Source of the DNA: a virus
Reading direction: 5' to 3' (one strand)
Length of the DNA stretch: 64,000 bases
Virus record (IMG/VR): IMGVR_UViG_3300005253_000050
Span: 1 to 64,000 of that record
This document shows positions 40,034 to 51,509 of this stretch, piece by piece (positions within the stretch are counted from its first letter, which is position 1; every line of letters begins with the position of its first letter). Below the pieces are notes generated by a model that was not told the origin of the DNA, did no database searches, and saw only the letters and a list, made by a program, of their open reading frames with translations. Made by a program: the position numbers and the translations under genes.

Positions 40034-41606
40034 CAGATACCTGCAAGCAACTGAATCACAAGGGCACACGCTGCGTGCTTAGGCATCCCCACGGAGGCCC
40101 GTGCGACTTTCGCCTCGGCGGCTCCCAGGGGCACGCATGGAAAACGGTGCAGCGGTGCGGGTGCTATTACGACGCCGAGAAGTTTCTCCAGGCAGACATG
40201 TTTGCCGGGCTCCCAACAAAAATCCGGGCCATGGCAGACGGCACCTTCAAGGCCCAGGTGGGCAAGCCGCTCGCCACCACGAAGGAGGACTGAGATGGAC
40301 GTTGTCGTGACCGTACCCAAGTCCTTCGGCTTGGCCCACTGGGTGGCCGAGGGCGACGCTGCTGGGGAGCCCGAGAGCGGCGAGCAATTCCCCGGGCACG
40401 ACAAAGAGGCCACAGATCGATCTCAGGTGAGCCCCGGCCGCTGGGGAGAACACCGATGATGACGTTCGCCGAAATTGACTGGCGCCGGCAGCATCACCAC
40501 GCGACGAGAATCCGAAACCTGAGCGATATCGAGGGCAACGTGGACCTCCAGGCCGACTTCGATTATCCCGGGCCGTACCCAGCCCCTCCCGAGCCACGGA
40601 CTGCGCTCGAGTCCATGGCGCAGGCGTGGATGGTGTTGCGCGCGATCAAGCTCGACATCGAGCCGTGCCCGGCCTGCGGTTCGGCCCGCCACCAGCTCGG
40701 CTACTTCGAGGACGGCCGCTGCACCGCCTGGTGCGACAAATGCGAGGCGTGGACGGCTGCGCCTGCGAAGGAGACCCAATGAAGACCGAACCCAAGCTAT
40801 GCCCTGAGTGCGGGAAGCCCCTGCTGCCCTGCCGAGAGCTGCATCTATTGGACTTCAGGGACTATCAGCTGGTGATGTATCCTGACGGCCTATGCAGGGT
40901 TGCCGCGAGATCCCGGCCGACACCCGCCTGGGGCTGCCGGGATGGATGCTTTACGGAGGCGGTGGACTCGAGCGGGGAAGCAGAGTGGTTCCGGGCCCGC
41001 GTGCGGGCAGTTGCGACCACCGGCAAGGTGCCGTACCCAGAGACCCCTGAAGAAGGGGAGATGAAGACGCGCGAAGAAATAGAGGCTGAACTGGCTGAGA
41101 TCGAGTCGGACGAGCGGCTCGGATACGATCTGGCCACGATCGAGGTCAATGCCCTACTGGCGCTGAAGCAGCTCGTTGCCAAGACCAAGGCCGGGGTGTT
41201 GCGCTGGGTGCTGGGGCTACCGTACCTCCAATACCACGGCCAGGACGAGGAGTAGAGCGATGCCCCAATATATTCTGCACAAAGACGGCGCCTACAACAT
41301 CTACTCGACGATCGTTGATGCGCCTCTCTTCAAGGAGGCCGCACCCCACTACGAGGAGCCGAAATAATGCCCTACGATGAAGATTTAGAGTGTTGCGTCC
41401 CGGCATATTTGCTGTCGTTTCGGTGTGCCTGCGGTAAGCGCTGGGCGATGGAGGTGGAAATCCCTGTCGAAGACTGGCCGCCGGCGAAAAGCGATCCCAC
41501 CCGCCACGGGGCTCGTTGTGCATGCGGTCGGTGGATGGAGTGGAAGGGCGGAAAATTCACCGTGAGTGATGAGCCGACCGATGCATGGGGCAGACCCAAT
41601 GCCTGA
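40030..41606 (+). CDS. array of small hypothetical genes (e.g. 40456-40782, 40779-41255, 41367-41606)
   Basis: Coupled short ORFs with RBSs. Confidence 0.5.
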
Positions 41607-41937
41607 TCCCGACGCGGTGAAACTCCAAACGGCCCTGCAGCTTTTGGCGACTCTTCGGCAGGTGCGGTTTTTCGTTACGCCCGATGCGGAGGGAGTTACG
41701 ATTCCATCCCACCTGAAAGAGGAGGAGCTGGTGATGCTGGACTTCGGTCGTCGGGCTCCGATTCCGATTGAGGATTTGAAGTGCGACCGAGATGGCATCA
41801 GCGGGACGCTGAAATTCGGGCCGGAGTACTTCTGGTGCTCGGTGCCATGGCTGGCTGTGGTTGGCATCCAGAAGTTCGGACCTACGCCTGCGCAGCGGGC
41901 TTGGGTGCCGATGGTGCTGACCGAGGGGAAGAACTGA
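41599..41937 (+). CDS. SspB-like ClpXP adaptor homologue
   Basis: GVTIPSHL..LVMLDFG...PIEDL..DGISGTLKFG..FWCSVPWLAV. Confidence 0.75.
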   Translation: MPDPDAVKLQTALQLLATLRQVRFFVTPDAEGVTIPSHLKEEELVMLDFGRRAPIPIEDLKCDRDGISGTLKFGPEYFWCSVPWLAVVGIQKFGPTPAQRAWVPMVLTEGKN

Positions 41938-42459
41938 TGCGGGTCTGTGATGTTGAAATGATCAAGGGCGTGCGGCGCGTGCGGGAAACTGGGCATCCGT
42001 ACGTCATCGACGTCTACGTGTCGCCCTGGTGGATGTGGTCGAAGAAGCGCCGAACTCGCCTCGAAGAACACCTCGATTTTACGAAGCCGGCACACGTGCA
42101 CCTCAGGCTCAAGACGTGGTGGTGGTAGCGATGAGCAGCCCCCCAGTGACACGAATGTTCCGGAGATCCGCGCTGGACGACATGATGATGGCCGCGGAGA
42201 AGATGGCCATGGCCGCCACGAAGTGGGGCGCCATCGACGAATTTTCTCTGGTGGGAAAATGTGTCGATCTCGCCGAGGTTATCCGAAAGGCCACCGCGGC
42301 CCCCGCCGCAATATTCCACGACATCCCGATTCTGAAAAGCGAGGACGTTCCGGAGTGCCCAGGCTGCGGGAAGCAGGTGCGGCGGACGTTCGACACGGCG
42401 AAAGTCGGGGAGGACCTAGACTAAGAACGTCGTGATCCTGTTGGGTTGTGGATAAGGTG

Positions 42460-42535
42460 TTGCATAGTATGTACAATGCTGTATAAAACAAACATGGACG
42501 CAACGACAAACACAAACACGACGGAGCACGGCATG
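42460..42535 (+). promoter_or_regulatory. promoter-leader cassette, copy 1
   Basis: TTGCAT...TATAAA, then ATGGACGCAACGACAAA...ACGGAGC...ATG; similar to copies 2 and 3. Confidence 0.65.
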
Positions 42536-42718
42536 AATACCATCAAAGCACGCGGATACATCCTCACCAGCGAAGACATTTTTGCCCGTCTGTACGAGCC
42601 CTACACCGACCATGTCCAAGCGTACTACAATTACATCAACGCATGTCCCGAGTGTGGCCAGCCTGCCAGTAATCACTCTGGCGACAAAAGCCATTGCGCC
42701 TGCGGGATGTCCTGGTAG
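42494..42718 (+). CDS. small Cys-rich protein with MDATTN leader
   Basis: Follows the cassette promoter. Confidence 0.55.
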   Translation: MDATTNTNTTEHGMNTIKARGYILTSEDIFARLYEPYTDHVQAYYNYINACPECGQPASNHSGDKSHCACGMSW

Positions 42719-42721
42719 ACC

Positions 42722-43081
42722 ATGCGGGCCGCCCTGAGATTGGAAGACATTAATACCAAAGATGCCAAGATGGTCAATGCTATGTGTCGCCAGATGGGAG
42801 AGCGGCCCGCGTGTCCGTCCCGTGCATGGGTGGCGCGGGTACGCATTAACGCCAACGGCTACGTTGATCGTGACTTCCTGCGCGCCGATGCAGTGGACTA
42901 CTCCGATGCCAATGGCGCTGGGTCTCGCGGTATCTTCAAGTGCTACTGGTTAGATGAGCGAGCCTACTACGAGGTGTCAGCGCCGCAGTCGTGGCGAGGT
43001 ACTGATCGGTACTTTTGCGAGACCATCAACGGCGAAATCATTCGCATGACCAAGGAAGAGGTGCAGGATGCCCAGTTATAA
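42722..43081 (+). CDS. hypothetical protein, paralogue A
   Basis: RAWVA..DYS..YWL..YEVS.P.SW.G.DRY shared with 43296-43634. Confidence 0.7.
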   Translation: MRAALRLEDINTKDAKMVNAMCRQMGERPACPSRAWVARVRINANGYVDRDFLRADAVDYSDANGAGSRGIFKCYWLDERAYYEVSAPQSWRGTDRYFCETINGEIIRMTKEEVQDAQL

Positions 43082-43295
43082 CGAAATGAATGTAGCTGAA
43101 TTGTTCCCCAAAACCGTCTATCGCGCGATTGCCTCCTGTTCTTGTCTAGGAGAAAGAATCACACATGCAGACGCGAAGAGAGCGGCGAACAATGCAATTA
43201 TGGATGGCGGCCTTGAGTTCCCTCCAAGGGACCTGCTGCTGGCAATCACCAACCATGTACTCCAAGAGGTCTACATTGGCGCAATGGTTTCTTAG
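43068..43295 (+). CDS. hypothetical protein
   Basis: GAGG RBS; coupled. Confidence 0.5.
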   Translation: MPSYNEMNVAELFPKTVYRAIASCSCLGERITHADAKRAANNAIMDGGLEFPPRDLLLAITNHVLQEVYIGAMVS

Positions 43296-43634
43296 ATGAG
43301 GTATGCCCTGAAGTTGACAGACTTCGCAGGCTATCCACCCGCCACCAATACCGGGTATGCCATACGAAGGACATTGCGAAGGCTAACCGGATCTCCTCTA
43401 TTGCACAGCCGGTCCAGGGCTTGGGTGGCCGACGTCACTGGTGGCACATGGGCATTTGTTAGGCCGGCAGTTGATTATTCGACGATCAACGTTGATGCCG
43501 GGCAAAACGCAGACAAAAACTACTGGCTAATTGATGGCCATGAATACGAGGTGTCAGAACCTACATCATGGAGTGGCGTCGATCGTTATCGGTGCAGGAT
43601 AGAAGACGGAAGGATGGTGAAGATAGATGCCTAA
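43296..43634 (+). CDS. hypothetical protein, paralogue B
   Basis: Same motifs as 42722-43081. Confidence 0.7.
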   Translation: MRYALKLTDFAGYPPATNTGYAIRRTLRRLTGSPLLHSRSRAWVADVTGGTWAFVRPAVDYSTINVDAGQNADKNYWLIDGHEYEVSEPTSWSGVDRYRCRIEDGRMVKIDA

Positions 43635-44832
43635 GTTAGGATTGGGAATAGACGTCCTAACGGCAGCTCGCGAGCGCACCGCCTGGACGTTCGATACCTT
43701 CCAACGAGTATGCGTGAGCTTCAGCGGCGGCAAGGACTCCTCTGTCATGCTGCACCTTGCGATGGATGAGGCGATCAGGCGAGGGCGTCGGGTGGGCGTG
43801 CTGTTCATCGACCTGGAAGGACAGTACCAACTCACCATCGAGCACATCCAGGAGTGCATGGGCCTTTACGCAGACCACATTGACCCCTACTGGATAGCGC
43901 TCCCGTTGTCCCTCAGAAACGCGGTAAGTGTCTATGAGCCCAAGTGGCAATGCTGGGATCCGGATCGCCGTATCGACTGGATTAGGGAGCCTCCCGCCAA
44001 TGCCGTGACGGATGCTGATAGGTGGCCCTGGTTTGAGCGTGAAATGGAGTTCGAGGAGTTCGTCCCGCTGTTCAACAAGGAGTACTCCCAGGACCAGCTT
44101 ACGGCGTGCCTGGTGGGCATCAGGACGGACGAAAGCCTGAACCGATACAGGACCATCGCCAGCACCAAAAAGCAGAAGTTCGAGGGGCGACAGTGGACCA
44201 CCTACACAGGGGGCACCACCTACAACGTCTACCCGATTTACGACTGGCGAACAGAAGACATCTGGACGTACAACAGCAAGTTCGGCAAGTGCTACAATCG
44301 GCTGTACGACCGGATGCATCAGGCGGGGCTTGGTATTCACCAACAACGTATCTGCCAACCGTACGGGGATGACCAGCGCAAGGGGCTCTGGTTGTTCCAT
44401 ATCATCGAGCCCAAGACGTGGTCGCGTATTGTAGCCAGGGTCAACGGCGCCAACGGCGGTGCCTTATACTCCAAGGACAGCGGCAACATCCAGGGCATGC
44501 GAAAAATTACCTTGCCGCCCGGGCACACGTGGGAATCGTTCGCGAAGATGCTTCTGGCGTCCATGCCCGACAAGACCCGCGACCACTTTGAGGACAAGAT
44601 TGCCGTGTTTCTCCGGTGGTGGCAGTCCCGTGGATACGAGGCAATCCCAGACGAAGCGGACCGTAAACTGGAGTCAAAAAAAGAGGTGCCATCGTGGCGA
44701 AGGATTTGCAAGGCTCTTTTGAGAAACGACTACTGGTGCAAGGGGCTGAGCTTTGGGCAGACGAAGGCCCCGGCATACGAGAACTACAAGCGCATCATGA
44801 AAAAGAGGCGGGCAGCATGGGGGCTGATATGA
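43627..44832 (+). CDS. ibrA: PAPS-reductase-family protein with DUF3440 (IbrA/YbdN-like)
   Basis: SFSGGKDS, GIRTDESLNR, YPIYDW, RICQPYG, NDYWCKGLSF. Confidence 0.9.
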   Translation: MPKLGLGIDVLTAARERTAWTFDTFQRVCVSFSGGKDSSVMLHLAMDEAIRRGRRVGVLFIDLEGQYQLTIEHIQECMGLYADHIDPYWIALPLSLRNAVSVYEPKWQCWDPDRRIDWIREPPANAVTDADRWPWFEREMEFEEFVPLFNKEYSQDQLTACLVGIRTDESLNRYRTIASTKKQKFEGRQWTTYTGGTTYNVYPIYDWRTEDIWTYNSKFGKCYNRLYDRMHQAGLGIHQQRICQPYGDDQRKGLWLFHIIEPKTWSRIVARVNGANGGALYSKDSGNIQGMRKITLPPGHTWESFAKMLLASMPDKTRDHFEDKIAVFLRWWQSRGYEAIPDEADRKLESKKEVPSWRRICKALLRNDYWCKGLSFGQTKAPAYENYKRIMKKRRAAWGLI

Positions 44833-45332
44833 GTTGGATGGATGATCACCCTGTATCTCGAGTGCGCTGGGTGCGGGTGGAGTTGATTTCAGCCAACAAC
44901 TACAACCCCAACGCAGTAGCGCCCCCAGAGATGATCTTGCTGCAACACAGTATCGAGTGCGACGGCTACACTCAGCCCATCGTGGTCTGTGAGACAGAGG
45001 ATGGATTCGAGGTGGTGGACGGTTTCCATCGCTACCTTGTTGGAATCAAGCTAGGACTGTCGCATCTGCCCGTGGTGGTAATCAACGGCGGGCGGGCTAG
45101 CAGGGAAGATCGGATCGCCTCGACCATCCGCCATAACCGCGCCCGCGGAAAGCACCAGGTGGGAGCTATGTCGGACATCGTTCAAGAGCTCACCAAGCGC
45201 AACTGGAGCGAGAAGAAAATAGGCAAAGAGTTGGGGATGGAACCAGACGAAGTACTGCGACTGAAGCAAATCAGCGGACTGGCTGAACTGTTCGCGGATC
45301 GAGATTTCAGCGAGGCATGGGAAGCGGAATAG
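44829..45332 (+). CDS. ibrB: ParB-like IbrB/YbdM protein
   Basis: ANNYNPN, DGYTQPIV, VDGFHR, STIRHNRARGKH. Confidence 0.9.
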   Translation: MSWMDDHPVSRVRWVRVELISANNYNPNAVAPPEMILLQHSIECDGYTQPIVVCETEDGFEVVDGFHRYLVGIKLGLSHLPVVVINGGRASREDRIASTIRHNRARGKHQVGAMSDIVQELTKRNWSEKKIGKELGMEPDEVLRLKQISGLAELFADRDFSEAWEAE

Positions 45333-45344
45333 TTGACCAGAACA

Positions 45345-45361
45345 CAGGAGGCAGGACGATG
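45345..45361 (+). promoter_or_regulatory. conserved start-associated sequence CAGGAGGCAGGACGATG
   Basis: Exact copies on the minus strand at 54350-54366 and 54574-54590; 13-nt core at 45518-45530. Confidence 0.75.
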
Positions 45362-47386
45362 AAACCAGGCGACACGGTGACGATCTATGAGGACCCAATG
45401 ACACAACGAGTTCCCGAGGGTGAGGCCAAGCTGATCAAAAAAATCAGCACCTCCATGGGTGGCGAGCGCTGGATCGTACGCTTCGACGACGGCGACTACG
45501 AGCGGTTCATTTTCCTACAGGAGGCAGGACAGTGAAGGCACTGATGGACAAACTTGACGCGTTGATCGCGAAGCCACGTCCCGCGCCCTGTCCGTGTTTT
45601 TCGTGCGACGGCCGGCGGGCCAAGTTCCCGCGCGACAACCCAAGGTTCTGCACCCAACGGTGCGCGGTAGATTGGGCGCTGGGCATGACGGAATCGTATT
45701 ACTACGATCACTCGGTTCCCGAATGGACCGAGTAAGGAGCTCCCATGCCGAAGACGGCGATCACGGTCCGCATGGACGACGAAATTCTGGCGGACCTGAG
45801 GAAATGGATGGCTGCACAGCCCGCCCAGCCCTCGCTGACCAGCGCGATTGAGGCGGCGGTGGACGAGCTGCTGGCGGCTCACCCGGTGGACGATGATGGC
45901 TGACAACGACGCAATCACCAGTGGTACCCAGAGGAGACGAGTGCGATGAATTGGACCGACAACGAAAGAGAAGACCTCGAGACGGCGACGATCCTCATTA
46001 GCGAATTCGCCCAGGAAATTCTGGCTGATCTCACACTCGGCGTGATAGTGGCCGGCTGCGGAGCGTTCTACCTCCCGGCCGTTGTCCTGGGCCACGTCCG
46101 TCGAGGCCTGCGGGACTTCCGCTCGGAGCTCAAAAAATGGAAGGAGCCGACTGATGGGTAGAGAAATCAGGATGGTGCCCAGGGGATGGGAGCATCCCAA
46201 GAATCGCGCCGGCGGCTACAGGTCACTTTTCAACAGCACCTACAAGGCCGCAGCCCAGGAGTGGTGGGATTGCGCGGAAGCGTACCACGCCAGGGATCTG
46301 GAAAGATTGCGCGAATTGGACGTCTATATGGGCGCTGATCCGGAGGAAGCGTTCGCCGAGCATCCATGGTACTGGGAATGGACCGACCGGCCGCCCAACC
46401 CCGAACATTACCGCCCCGAGTTTGACTCACCGGCTGATCATTTCCAGGTGTATGAGAACACCACCGAGGGCACACCCATCAGCCCTGTACTCGAAACCAA
46501 GGGTGACGTCGGTCAGTGGCTGATGGGTAACTGGGGATATTCCGAGGAAGAAGCCTTTGCGATCTGTGAAACTGGGTGGACGGCGAAGGGCCGCCGACTC
46601 TAAAAAAGGAGGAACCCATGGGTGAGAAAACAATCGAGCCGAACGCGGACGGAGTGCTCTTGGTCAAGTGCGAGTGCGGCGCCACCATCGCTAGGCACGT
46701 GCACCAGACGCCTCCAAGATCTGGTGAGTTTTTCGAGGTGCTCTGTGTGTGCTGTAAGAAGCGCCGCCACGTCTTTATGACCAGGGACGGGAAGGTGTTC
46801 TACAACTCCAGCCCGTCCGAGCCCATCAACATGGGCGGAGGGTTTGAGGGATGAGCGGCTCCGACCTTCGCCGCCTTCGGTGGGGCTTCGCGATGGACAG
46901 CGCCAGGAAGCTCGCCCGCCGTCTCGGCATCGCCCACTCCACCGTATACCGCAACGAGCAGCGCGCCCGAGTCACCGATTACGTTTCGGCCCGGGTCGCT
47001 GCGAACCCCCTCGCCTCCGCGTTCCTTCTCGGCATGACCGGGGATGCAGAGGCGGAACAACTGGAGTTGACCTGATGTCCAGCCGCTCACTGGAAGAAAC
47101 GGTCGAGCTGATCAATGCCTGCTACGAGCAACACCGTGAAAATGAGGCGCGCTGGGAGAAAGAGGACCGCATGGACGAAGCCGAACTGCATTATTATCGG
47201 GCAGTTCAATGCATGAACTCGGCCATCGGATCCCTCCGTAGTTCAGCCAAGTGGTGGAGCGATATTGACCAGCTGCTGATGGCTAAGTTCTGTGAAGAAA
47301 AAGCCGTCTCGCTGGAAAACGGCAAGCCGCCGATGCGAGTTGAGTTTGTGCTGGCGGCCGAACTTCTCAAGGAGCAGACCCCATGA
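45359..47386 (+). CDS. array of small genes, including an RHH protein (45745-45903) and an HTH protein (46851-47075)
   Basis: TAITVRMDDEILADL (RHH); ARKLARRLGIAHSTVYRNE (HTH). Confidence 0.55.
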
Positions 47387-48288
47387 AAGACACCCGGAGC
47401 AGCAGAGAACCTCTGATCATCCACCACGCGGGGTGCGCGGACGGAATATGCGGCGCGTTGGTTTTGTGGCTCGGGCTGGGCCGTCGCGGGGCACTCCTGC
47501 CGGTTCAGTACGGGGACGCGCCGCCGGACATCAAGACCATCGAGGGCCGCGAGGTGTGGATCGTGGACTTCAGTTATCCACGGGGAATCCTCGAGGACAT
47601 GAACGCCGAGGCGTCGAACATCATGGTGCTTGATCACCACAAAACCGCGGCCGAGAACTGCGAAGGGCTGGACTTCTGCACGTTCGATTCGACCAGGAGC
47701 GGCGCGAAGATCGCCTATGATCTAATGCTTGGGTTGGGGCGTTTGCGTGGAGAGCCTCCCGACCTGGTGGACGTCCTCGGTGTCTTGGTGGCCTACGTGC
47801 AGGATCGGGACCTCTGGACCTGGGAGCTGAAAAACAGCAAGGAGATCTCGGCCTGGCTGGCGAGTTGGCCGCGGACGCTTGAGAGCTGGTACGAGCTGCT
47901 GTGCCGGGTGACCCACCTTGGTTTCGGGCGGATGGTGGGCGAAGGCCAGGCGCTCCTGCGGAACAACGACAACCTGATCAGCTCCATGGCGAAGCAGGCC
48001 GAGGCGGTGGACTGGATCCCGGAGTCCTGCCCGCCGCTGCGGGTGCTGCTGGTCAACAGCCCGGTGCTCCACTCCGAGCTCGCCGCGAAGCTCCTGGCCG
48101 CCCGCGAGTGCGACTTCGTGTGCGTCTGGCGGCGGACCAAGGACAAGTTCGTCTACAACCTGCGCTCGACCACGGTGGACGTGAGCCAGATCGCGCGGGC
48201 ACTCGGTGGGGGCGGGCACGCCAAGGCGGCCGGGTTCTCGAGCCCGTCCCGGCCCGCGCGGTTTTTCGTCACGGCGGAGAAGAGCTAG
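47383..48288 (+). CDS. DHH/DHHA1 phosphoesterase (NrnB-like)
   Basis: HAGCADG, IVDFS, LDHHKT, DRDLW, GGGGHAKAAGF. Confidence 0.9.
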   Translation: MKDTRSSREPLIIHHAGCADGICGALVLWLGLGRRGALLPVQYGDAPPDIKTIEGREVWIVDFSYPRGILEDMNAEASNIMVLDHHKTAAENCEGLDFCTFDSTRSGAKIAYDLMLGLGRLRGEPPDLVDVLGVLVAYVQDRDLWTWELKNSKEISAWLASWPRTLESWYELLCRVTHLGFGRMVGEGQALLRNNDNLISSMAKQAEAVDWIPESCPPLRVLLVNSPVLHSELAAKLLAARECDFVCVWRRTKDKFVYNLRSTTVDVSQIARALGGGGHAKAAGFSSPSRPARFFVTAEKS

Positions 48289-48289
48289 C

Positions 48290-51200
48290 CATGAAACTCA
48301 CACCGGAAAACAAGAAGCACATCGATGGGCCGGGCCAAGTCGATCTGCTCCGAAAGTGGCGGTTCGCGCCGTCTGGTGATCCATGGTTCCAGGGCGAGAC
48401 CGGGGACTACTGGGGAGAGCGGATCACTGAGCTCCGGGCCAAGAGCCCGGGCGGATACGTGGCCGCCTCGAAGCGGATCGGGTGGAGTTCATGACGACCT
48501 GCACCTACTGCGGAGGGCCCGGCGCCCCGAACCCCAGGGTGATGTGCTCGGCCTGCATTGACAGATTCATGGCCGCGACTGCCTCGCCCCCGCTGTCAGA
48601 AGAGAGTGCAGCCAAGCTCAACAAGTTTTTAGAGGACACCATGCCACGATCCAAAGACGCCATCATGATCTACGACGACCTCGAGGCCGACTGTCCGGTG
48701 GAGCCCGGGATGCGCGAGAAGATGCTGGAGCACTACGATTCCATCATGGCCACCGTTCCACCTGGCGCCGTCCAGGTGTTTGTGTGCGGCCCGAGCACCA
48801 GCCCGTGCGGCCCCAACCGCGACGACCACGTCTGGGACGACGAGGTGGAGTTCACCGACAGCGCGGGCAAGAATTGCGGCGGCTCGGTGGCGTGCTCGAG
48901 GTGCGGGTTGCCCGCGATGGACTACGACATCTGGAACGCCCCATGAAAAAGCCTCGCCCACCCCGCCCCGGGCAGGTCTACTGGAACGAGCGCAACAAGA
49001 GCATGGCAACCATCTACGAGGTGAGCGACGGGATGATCCGTGCGACCGTCTCCCAGGTTGATGACCAGGCCCGACCGCGTATCAAGCCCCCTCGCCGGTT
49101 CTTTTCCATCGCCTGGCGGCAGGGCGTCCCGGAGCACTGCACGCTGCAATACGATCCGCCCAAGAGGAACGGCGAATGACGACGGCCCTCGCGATCCGAC
49201 CGACCCCGCCCGTGATCGAGTTCCGTCGTTGCACCGGGCACTGCTGCGATCCGGTCACCATCCAAGCCGGGCCCTACTACCACCTCCGCCGCGTCTTTGA
49301 TGGAATGGTCGGTGACGTGGAGTGGATTGCAGACAACCTGATTTATGTCGGGTGGCGTTCGCCGGCGAACGGAGGGTGGGTCGAGCGCGGGAATCACGAA
49401 TACAGCTGCCCTCACTTTGACAAGCGCGACCGCCGGTGTCTCATCTACGGCCAAGGCAAGCGCTCGTTGATGTGCCGCACTCACCCCAATTATGGGCGCG
49501 GGCCGTGGAAGGTGTGCCTGCACGAAGGCTGCACCCGGCGGACGATGGTGCTCGACATGAACACCCGGGGCATGCCTCGCTGGCTGTTCCCCGACCTTTG
49601 GAACGAGGACTGGGACCGCTGGGTGGCCTTCGAGGAGGACGTCTGCCGGCCCGAGTGGGGCGCCGACGCAATGCCGCCGGGCCATGACGAATAGAGGAGA
49701 ACGATGACAAGAAGCTGGATCAACGCCGTCCGCAGGTTATTGAAGTGCAGGAAGCTCAAGCCAGGCGAGAAGATAGGCGCGCGCCTCCGCATCCCGGATC
49801 CACCCCCGCCGAAACAGCGCCCCCCAGAGTACTGGCAGCCCGCGCCCGACGGAACAAAGGTCGAGGAGACCACGACCGTCGAGCATGAGGGTGGACGCGT
49901 TCGCGTCACCACTGGGCAGATAATCACGACACCCGACGGGGAACGATTCCCCGGGCGGGTGGACGTCGAAGAGGGAACGGAGCACTAGATGCCTATCGAC
50001 TTCGATTCCATCGACTACAAGATCAATAGCTTCCTGGACTTCTGGGAAAAGTCCGGGCGGGATCCGGACGAGCTGCGCGTCGACAATTGGCAGATCCACA
50101 CCCCGGGTTGCGCGGGCGACTTCGGGTGCTGCTCGAAAAGCTACGACCTGGCCACGCTGGTCGACGCGCTCTACGAATTGACCGGGCGGAAAGAGCCGCC
50201 ATTCAAAAAGAAGGAGAGAAGAGATGCCGAAACTGACCCGGATTCGAACTGCCAAGCTGACGCTGTCGAAACACCGCCGGATGGTGATGTGCCGGCGGGT
50301 GCTTGAGAAGGTGGCCGCCGGTTTTTCCTACATGGACGCCCTCGCCAAGGTGATCTCGAAGCACAAGATCCTGGGCGGCGACATGCTGGCGCTGACCAAG
50401 GACGTCTTCCGCTTGGCTGTGCGCCGCCGGCAGCTGACCAAGAAAAAGTCGCGCGCGATCATGGCTGAGGTCCTGGGGACAGGATGAAGTGCCCTCGGTG
50501 CAAACTCTATCACTCCTGGGCGTGGACCAGGGATGGACGACTGGGGGATCCACCGTTTGAGGAAGAGTGCAACGACGACGAAGGCGGCGGTCACTTTGAG
50601 TTGGTGGATCACGACCTGTTCCACATCGACGGCGTGAAGATGTTTCGCTGCGTGTCTTGCGGATCCACCACCTTCACCGCTGGCCAGGCGGCCTACCAGA
50701 CGGTCCTGAAATGCGTTCGTTGCGGATGGGAGGCGACGGTCCACGACGGTTGACACCGCCGCCCGATCTCCCATACTCGGCCGATGTCGTTCTCTCAATA
50801 CAGAATAATTTACAAAGTCGGATCTCTCGAGTTCACATGGATTCGATCTGGGACGTCCAGGGATCGGGTCGTCGAGCTCGCAGAACGCGCGCTTAAAGAC
50901 GCGCATCACGGCAACGCGGAGCTGGTCTCCGTGGAGCGCCTGGAGGCACATAATGGCAGATGAAAAAGAAACAGACACCACCGAGCCGGTGGACGAACTA
51001 CAGGCGCTCGAGGATATCGAATCTCGATTGGCCGACGTGCAAACCCGCCTCGCCACCCTGCTGCAGCAGTTGGCCGACGGAAAATCCATCGGTGGCGCCC
51101 TCGTTGGCTACCCTGGGCCATGGACGGCCGAGCGGCGGCAGGAGTTCGAGGCGATCGTAAAGAGCCACGACAAGACCACAGGGTCGCTGTGGGAGGCCCT

Positions 51201-51509
51201 CAGCGAGGCGGGCTACGAGGTGATCGAGCTGCCCGAGGCCGTTTACGGCGCGCTGAGCCCAGAAACCAGATGACTCCCGCGGAGCACATCCATGGATCCC
51301 TGACCGCGGCCCTGGCCCTCAGGCTCGCCGGCAAGCCTGGCCGTTCGGCCGCCTTCGTGCTCGCTGCCGCCGTCCCGGTGCTCACGGGCCGGATCGATTG
51401 GGCTGGGGTCCAGGTGGTGGCCTCGGGGTGGCTATCCATGGCCACAGAAAACGTGATAACCTCGGGGCATGCCCAGGCCCCGATCAAAGACCCCCCGCGG
51501 CCACGCTGA
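48290..51509 (+). CDS. array of small hypothetical genes preceding TerL
   Basis: Coupled short ORFs (e.g. 48491-48946, 49704-49988, 49989-50306, 50484-50753, 50953-51273). Confidence 0.5.
49176..49694 (+). CDS. YkgJ-like Cys-cluster protein
   Basis: CTGHCC...CPHFD...CLIY...R..MCRTHP. Confidence 0.65.
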   Translation: MTTALAIRPTPPVIEFRRCTGHCCDPVTIQAGPYYHLRRVFDGMVGDVEWIADNLIYVGWRSPANGGWVERGNHEYSCPHFDKRDRRCLIYGQGKRSLMCRTHPNYGRGPWKVCLHEGCTRRTMVLDMNTRGMPRWLFPDLWNEDWDRWVAFEEDVCRPEWGADAMPPGHDE

